DNA of 64,000 nucleotides from Strigamia acuminata (Eukaryota): NCBI GenBank assembly GCA_949358305.1, contig OX442314.1, positions 5,022,001 to 5,086,000 of the forward strand, read 5' to 3'. Shown piece by piece: positions 57,764 to 64,000 of this stretch (position 1 is its first letter; each line of letters starts with the position of its first letter). The notes under the pieces were generated by a model. It saw only the letters and a program-made list of their open reading frames with translations, ran no database searches and was not told where the DNA came from. The position numbers and the translations under genes were made by a program.

Positions 57764-58209
57764 CAGAGAAGAGCATTGGCGTAAAATTTCTACCCGTTAC
57801 CCGTCCCCTCTTAAAAGTTATTACCCATACCCTACCCTACCTGTACCCGTACACACCCTACCCTACCCGTACCCATACCTGATCGCAATCACGCCAAGTG
57901 TTTTAACTGTTTTTGCTTTTGCGAATGAATTCGATTGATTCGGTTCGTTTCGTGTACGACTTCGACTGTTAGAGTTACGTTGTTTGTGTTGTCGCATGGT
58001 TTGTGGTGTTGTTGTGATAATTCGCAACGTGGTGCTATTTTTATAGTTCAAAGTCTGTATTTACGATGTTAGCACCACGTTGCGAACGTACAAAATACGT
58101 ACCCGACGCGTAACCATTAGTCGCGGGAGATCTGTAACCGTTACCTGCCCGTACCCGTAGGGTACAGGCGGGTACGGTCACGGGTATGGGTACCCAATGC
58201 TCATCTCTG
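57764..58209. mobile_element. hAT-type MITE with TACCC subterminal repeats
   Basis: TIR CAGAGAAGAGCATTGG / CCAATGCTCATCTCTG; 8-bp TSD ATTGACAC / ATTGCCAC (1 mismatch). Confidence 0.85.
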
Positions 58210-59889
58210 ATTGCCACTGTCGTAGAAAGGAGTCCAAATAATTAACAAAGTTGTCACAAATTACTACATGAATTTCTGTGTATTTCAAGGAGCAATTTCT
58301 GGATGACTTTTCATGGCAATGATTTGGTTTTAGACTGCCTCCTTAATCTCAGACAGGATGTGCATCCTGTTGAGACATAGGGGCTCGACAGGATATGCAT
58401 CCTGTTGAGACATAGGGGCTTGAGGCCGGTTGCCTTAGCAACGACCTAATTGCTCGTGAGAACCAATTCTTTAGGACAAAATAAGAAATAAATGACAGAA
58501 ATAATTCTGATAAAATAAAAATATATATTTCAAATAAATTTTTTTATTTTTAATTTTACCCTGGTGATACCGGTCGCCACAATGTGCTTACCGTACCGGC
58601 ATTATAAAAGAAATGTCAACACCGGTGTCATCCGGAAAACAAATCTCCATGTTTATTTAGCAGTTTAAAAATTAATGGATAATATAATTGAATAGAGATA
58701 GAGTAAAAGGTAAGCTATAATACATTTAGTTGCTGAATGATTAAATGAAGTGTGCATAAACACAGTGGCATTATACAAGTCAAACAAAATTAAATATTTA
58801 TAGTGTACATGCATGAGTAACTTAATAACCAGTAATAATGCCAATAAATTGTTGATGGAACACATCAGTTATATGGTTTTGGTTTTAATAATAATTGTTC
58901 TGTGTCAGTGGTTTTTGTTGTGTGGTTAATATCAAGAAATTAAAGTGAGATAGTTCTGTTTGTATTCACATGAATTTGTTATGCGGTGTAAAAAGCCGAA
59001 GAACACAACCTCAAATGACCATATGCTTGTTTGTCAAGAATGTCTGGAATTTAAGTGGTTTTTCTGTGTTTTAAAAAGTGATCAATAAAAAAAATCAAAG
59101 GCAATATAAATTTGGGCCAAAAGTGGTTCAGAGTTTGATATCAATTTTCCTCAAGCATTATACAATAAATCAATTTTATGGAATTTGGTCAGCGTTTCAA
59201 GAGTTCTGAGGGATTTGAGAATCAATATCTTTTTTATCATTGCGATGAATAGATATTGTTTTATTTCTAGTTTAAAATACCACGAACTATAAGCTTACGC
59301 TTCTTACCCACAATCCCTCAGTTCGCAGTCTTACGTCGTATTATTTGTGTGTTAAATTTTGGTATTTGAATTGTGTTAATTGTTTTTGTCAAGTTTAAAG
59401 TACACATGACTTGATTTCGTGCACGGACTCTGAATGTTGAGTCTGTTTTTGTTTTTTGTTTTTGCAGTTTACAGAATATAAAAGACAACACACACGGAAA
59501 TCAACTATTAATTTCAAAAACACCATTGACCTTTGATGGAGGGTATGTAATTTTATATCTCTAAGCGTCGCCATGACAGTCACACCACCCACGACATTTC
59601 AAAGGCCTAAAATTATTTCGTAGTGTAGCTAGGACATAGGACGGATCCCAGAAAGTTGTCTGGACTTTTACCACAGACTGACCCCTTGCAGAATCCTCTG
59701 TTCCTATTGGCTATAATAACTTCGATGTTGGTTAGGCCGCCGGGAAACTCTCGGTATCCCACCGGGCCAGTCCAGCACTGGGAGCTGCTGAGGATCACTG
59801 AATAATGTGCCGTTGCCAGTGCCAACTGGTGTCAGTTGGTCATAGCACATAGCATGATTAACATTGAAACCTGCAGCTTCTTTGGTTAA

Positions 59890-60330
59890 TTTTCTGCTGA
59901 TTTTCAGCTAATTTGCTAGATTGTCTGCTGATTTGCTAGATTTTCTGCTGATTTTGCTAGATTTGCATCCGATTTACTAAATTTGCATCCGATTTACTAG
60001 ATTTTCATCTAATTTACTAGATTTTCTAATAATTTACTAGATTTTCATCTAATTTACTAGATTTTTATCTAATTCACTGGATTTTTATCTAATTTACTAG
60101 ATTTTCATCTAATTTTCTAGATTTTCACATGATTTTTCTCTGATTTATTAGATTTTCATTTGATTTACGAGATTTTCATCTGATTTACGAGATTTTCATC
60201 TGATTTACGAGGTTTTTATCTGAGATACGTGATTTTCATCTGATTTCTGTGATTTTTATCTGATTTACGTAATTTTCATCTGATTTACGTGATTTTTATC
60301 TGATTTACTAGATTTTCACATAATTTTCAC
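59890..60330. repeat. 20-bp satellite GATTTACTAGATTTTCATCT, block 1
   Basis: Directly visible. Confidence 0.9.
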
Positions 60331-61484
60331 CAAATACGTACTATTCAAATATCAAAAATGTAATATGACACAAAAACACACTTTTATTGAAATTCAAGTC
60401 TTTGTGGCGCTACAAACGCCATTAAAATTTCAACACGCATGCGCACATATATATCCGAGCATCTCCAGCGATATTCGCTTCATCGCTTTGCCACTTCCAA
60501 CACCCGCAATAAAAAAGAATCAAACATTTGAATGGAATTTCAGTTCCATCACTCCCAAAACCAAAAAAATAAAAAATAAAAATAAAAATAAAAATAAAAA
60601 TAAAAATCTAATACAATTCCAACCAAATTACTTCCCACTTTTTAAAAACCCGATAAAAACAAACCGAAAAACAAAATTCATCGCAGCTGCGAGTCGTTTC
60701 CTAATTCAGCACGAGGCTTAATAATTCCAAACAAATATGAAAACCAAAGAATCAAATCGACGTTAATGACTCACAAGAGCTGCGCAGAAGAAGCGAAAAA
60801 AAGAACTATTCGGTCTTAAACGACGCTTGGAAACCATTTTTGTTGCCATCTGAAAACTTAAAGAAGAAACTAGTCGACTCAAAGACATCGCATTAATGGT
60901 AAACAGGGCAGTTTGCATGCGACTCGCTACAATGTCAACGGCGGGAGGGGGGTCCGCGAATAAGCCACGAGATGGCACTCGAAACTTCCCTTCCCTTCGC
61001 CCGTCTCAGCCTCGAATCCCGATATTCTGTTTCGACGCAACTGCAACTTCATTTCACTTTAATATACAATTTTGAATTGCTCTTTAATGTTTATCTCTTT
61101 TTTCGTGCCTTTTGCATCGATTTTCGGCTTAAAATAATGCGGGGAATAAAGAAAAGTGAATGAAAATGGGCGACTTTTGTTCTTTTTTGTCCTTTTGTGC
61201 TGGGAATTTGGTGGTTTGGGTTTTGGTTTGGGTTTGGATTTTTGGTTCTGGTGTTTGGGTGTTTGTTTTGTGTTTGCGGTGGACTGGGGGAAAGATTTTT
61301 GCAATTATTTTTGCAATTATTTTTTTGAGTTGTTTTTTTGGTTTTTTAAAATAATTAGAGGGTTTGGATGAATGTGTAATTGCAGTTTTTCGTTTAAAAT
61401 GTAAATGTCGGGGCGGGTGAAGTTGGAGGGTGTTTGGTGGATTCGGAGTTCATGTTTTTAATATACAGGATTTTGCAGGTTTTT

Positions 61485-62240
61485 TGGTTGATTTTCAGCT
61501 GATTTACAGCTAATTTGCTAGATTGTCTGCTGATTTGCTGTGTTTTCTGTTAATTTTGCTAGATTTTAAGCTGATTTCCATATTTTCTGTTAATTTTGCT
61601 AGATTTGCATCCAATTTACTAGATTTTCATCTAATTTATTGCATTTTTACTTGATTTTTAGCTGATTTACTTGATTTTTAGCTGATTTACTTGATTTTTA
61701 GCTGATTTACTTGATTTTTAGCTGATTTACCGGTACTGGATTTTCATGTAAATTTCAGCTGATTTACTAGATTTTCAAATGATTATTGTCGGATTTACTA
61801 GATTTTTATCTGATTCACTAGATTTTCATCTGATTTACTAGATTTTCATCTGATTTACTAGATTTTCATCTGATTTACTAGATTTTTATCTGATTTACTA
61901 GATTTTCATCTGATTTACTAGATTTTTATCTGACTTACTAGATTTGCATCCGATCTGATCCGATTTACTAGATTTTTATCTAATTTACTGGATTTTCATG
62001 TAAATTTCAGCTGATTTACTAGATTATCAAATGATTTTTGTCGGATTTACTAGATTTTTATCTGATTCACTAGACTTTCATCTGATTTACTAGATTTTCA
62101 TCTGATTTACTAGATTTTTATTTGATTTACTAGATTTTTATCTGATTTACTAGATTTTGATCTAATTTACTGGATTTTTATCTAATTTACTAGACATTCA
62201 TCTAATTTACTAGATTTTCTCATGATATGTTAGCTGATTT
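61485..62240. repeat. 20-bp satellite GATTTACTAGATTTTCATCT, block 2
   Basis: Directly visible; same unit as block 1. Confidence 0.9.
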
Positions 62241-62351
62241 CCTAAACTTTTTCGCGAATTTTTAAATTCGCAACTGCCTTCCTAAATTTTTATTTCAGTT
62301 ATTTGAATTTGCAGTGAACTTGTTAAACAATTTGTCCATCGACTGATCACC

Positions 62352-62423
62352 AGCAGAGTGGCGCAGTGGAAGCGTGCTGGGCCCATAACCCAGAGGCCGA
62401 TGGATCGAAACCATCCTCTGCTA
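62352..62423 (+). tRNA. tRNA-iMet: Initiator tRNA-Met (CAT)
   Basis: AGCAGAGTGGCGCAGTGGAAGCGTGCTGGGCCCATAACCCAGAGGCCGATGGATCGAAACCATCCTCTGCTA: A1:U72, three G:C pairs in the anticodon stem, ATCG T-loop; T-run terminator at ~62430. Confidence 0.97.
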
Positions 62424-63069
62424 ATTCTGTTTTTTATTTTTTTTTATTTTTATTTTTTTATTTTTTTTTTTATATTATCAAAACAATTCAACAGAGAATT
62501 CAAAATGCAATTTTCTCTTCATTATTCTACGACTAATTTACTTTCTATATTCATCAAACAACCCTACACAAGAGCGTAATACCATCAATTGTGGTACGGT
62601 GGCGCCACTGTCGAAAACACAAAACGGAAAATAATCGAAAATAACAAAACAATTTATTTAATTAACTAAAACTAATAAAAATGCAAATTCTTTGAAACGT
62701 TAATTGAATCTCAGTAAGTCACGCGATTTAACATTACGAATTAAATATTTAAACGTGATTTTGAATTAATAATGCAACAAAATCGAATCACGAACCAGCT
62801 ACAATGCACGCAATTTGTCAAGTACCCACCACTTGGCGATCTAGTTAAATTATCTCTTGCTTCTGGTCAATGGAAAAAATCTTTCGCCTTTTACTAAAGA
62901 TTTCCGTGGCCGGGAGTATTCAATGAGTCTTTAGACCCAATTTTTTGCGATCTCGTTTTCGGACGGGATCATAAATAATCAAAAATAAGATTTAAGTAAA
63001 AACGAAACTAAAAATGGTTGTTATTTGCTAATAGGGCCTAATTTAATGTCCAACCTAACCTACGGTGCA

Positions 63070-63960
63070 TTTTATTGTTAAAACTGTTTGTTTTATTGCT
63101 AAAACGGTCTGTTATATTATTAAAACGGTCCGTTATATTGCTAAAACGGTTTCTTTTATTGCTAAAACGTTTAAAATGGTTTCTTATATTGCTAAAACGT
63201 TTAAAACGGTTCCTTTTATTGCCAAAACGTTTACAACGGTTTTTAATATTGCTAAAACGTTTAAAATGGTTTCTTATATTGCTAAAACGTTTAAAACGGT
63301 TCCTTTTATTGCCAAAACGTCTACAACGGTTTTTAATATTGCTAAAACGTTTAAAATGGTTTCTTATATTGCTAAAACGTTTAAAACGGTTTATTTTATT
63401 GCTAAAACGTTTAAAACGGTTCTTTATGTTGCTAAAACGTTTAAAACGGTTTCTTTTATTGCTAAAACGTTTTAAACGGTTCTTTTTATTGCTAAAACGT
63501 TTTAAACGGTTCTTTTTATTGCTAAAACGTTTAAAACGGTTCCTTTTATTGCTAAAACGTTTAAAACGGTTCCTTTTCTTGCTAAAACGGTTAATTTATG
63601 CCAAAATGGTCCAAGTCCAAGTTATTGCCAATACAATTTATTTAACTGCCAAAACGGTGCATTTTATTGATAAAACCGGCCATTTTATTGCCAAAATTAT
63701 CAATTCCTTTGCTAAAACGACTCGTTTTAACCTTCAAACCGAAATAAAACGTTTAAAACGGTTCCTTTTATTGCTAAAACGTTTAAAACGGTTCCTTTTC
63801 TTGCTAAAACGGTTAATTTATGCCAAAATGGTCCAAGTTATTGCCAATACGATTCATTTAACTGCCAAAACGATGCATTTTATTGATAAAACCGGCCATT
63901 TTATTGCCAAAATTATCAATTCCTTTGCTAAAACGACTCGTGTTAACCTTCAAACCGAAA
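63070..63960. repeat. 30-bp minisatellite (TTATTGCTAAAACGTTTAAAACGGTT…) plus a ~220-bp direct duplication
   Basis: Directly visible; it produces the IAKTFKTV ORF. Confidence 0.9.
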
Positions 63961-64000
63961 ACCAGCCAAAAAATCCCAACATTCAACATTTCCCAAGCAA

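Noticed and set aside
63065..63475. 136-aa IAKTFKTV repeat ORF
   Set aside because: Translation of a 30-bp minisatellite.

Overview
AT-rich, intron-rich eukaryotic DNA, most likely from an invertebrate such as an arthropod (inferred, not proven). The ORF track misses most real genes because they are spliced. (1) 680-4248 (+) holds the last 11 exons of ANAPC1/APC1, with minisatellite-filled introns. (2) A minus-strand cluster of two-exon CS-alpha/beta (defensin/scorpion-toxin-type) peptide genes lies at 10075-10299, 29373-29553 (truncated) and 30538-30778. (3) A very young 17.75-kb Ty3/Gypsy-type LTR element (10962-28712; 593-bp LTRs with 2 differences; GCGC TSD) splits that cluster. Its open 868-aa pol has lost catalytic residues in RT and RNase H, and it has no integrase core. 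It also carries a ~770-codon non-env accessory ORF, now interrupted by an intact hAT transposon (22178-25357), plus a decayed TA-flanked TIR element. (4) A tandem family of five 6-exon genes (four intact, one pseudogene; 36826-51005, minus strand) encodes ~174-aa secreted Cys-rich proteins I cannot assign; they share a conserved E-box + TTCAAGGTT upstream module. (5) A 6-exon ~288-aa secreted protein gene lies at 51668-54325. (6) An initiator tRNA-Met, many MITEs, two old solo LTRs and several satellites fill the rest. All gene models were built by hand from splice signals and reading-frame continuity; no database search was run.
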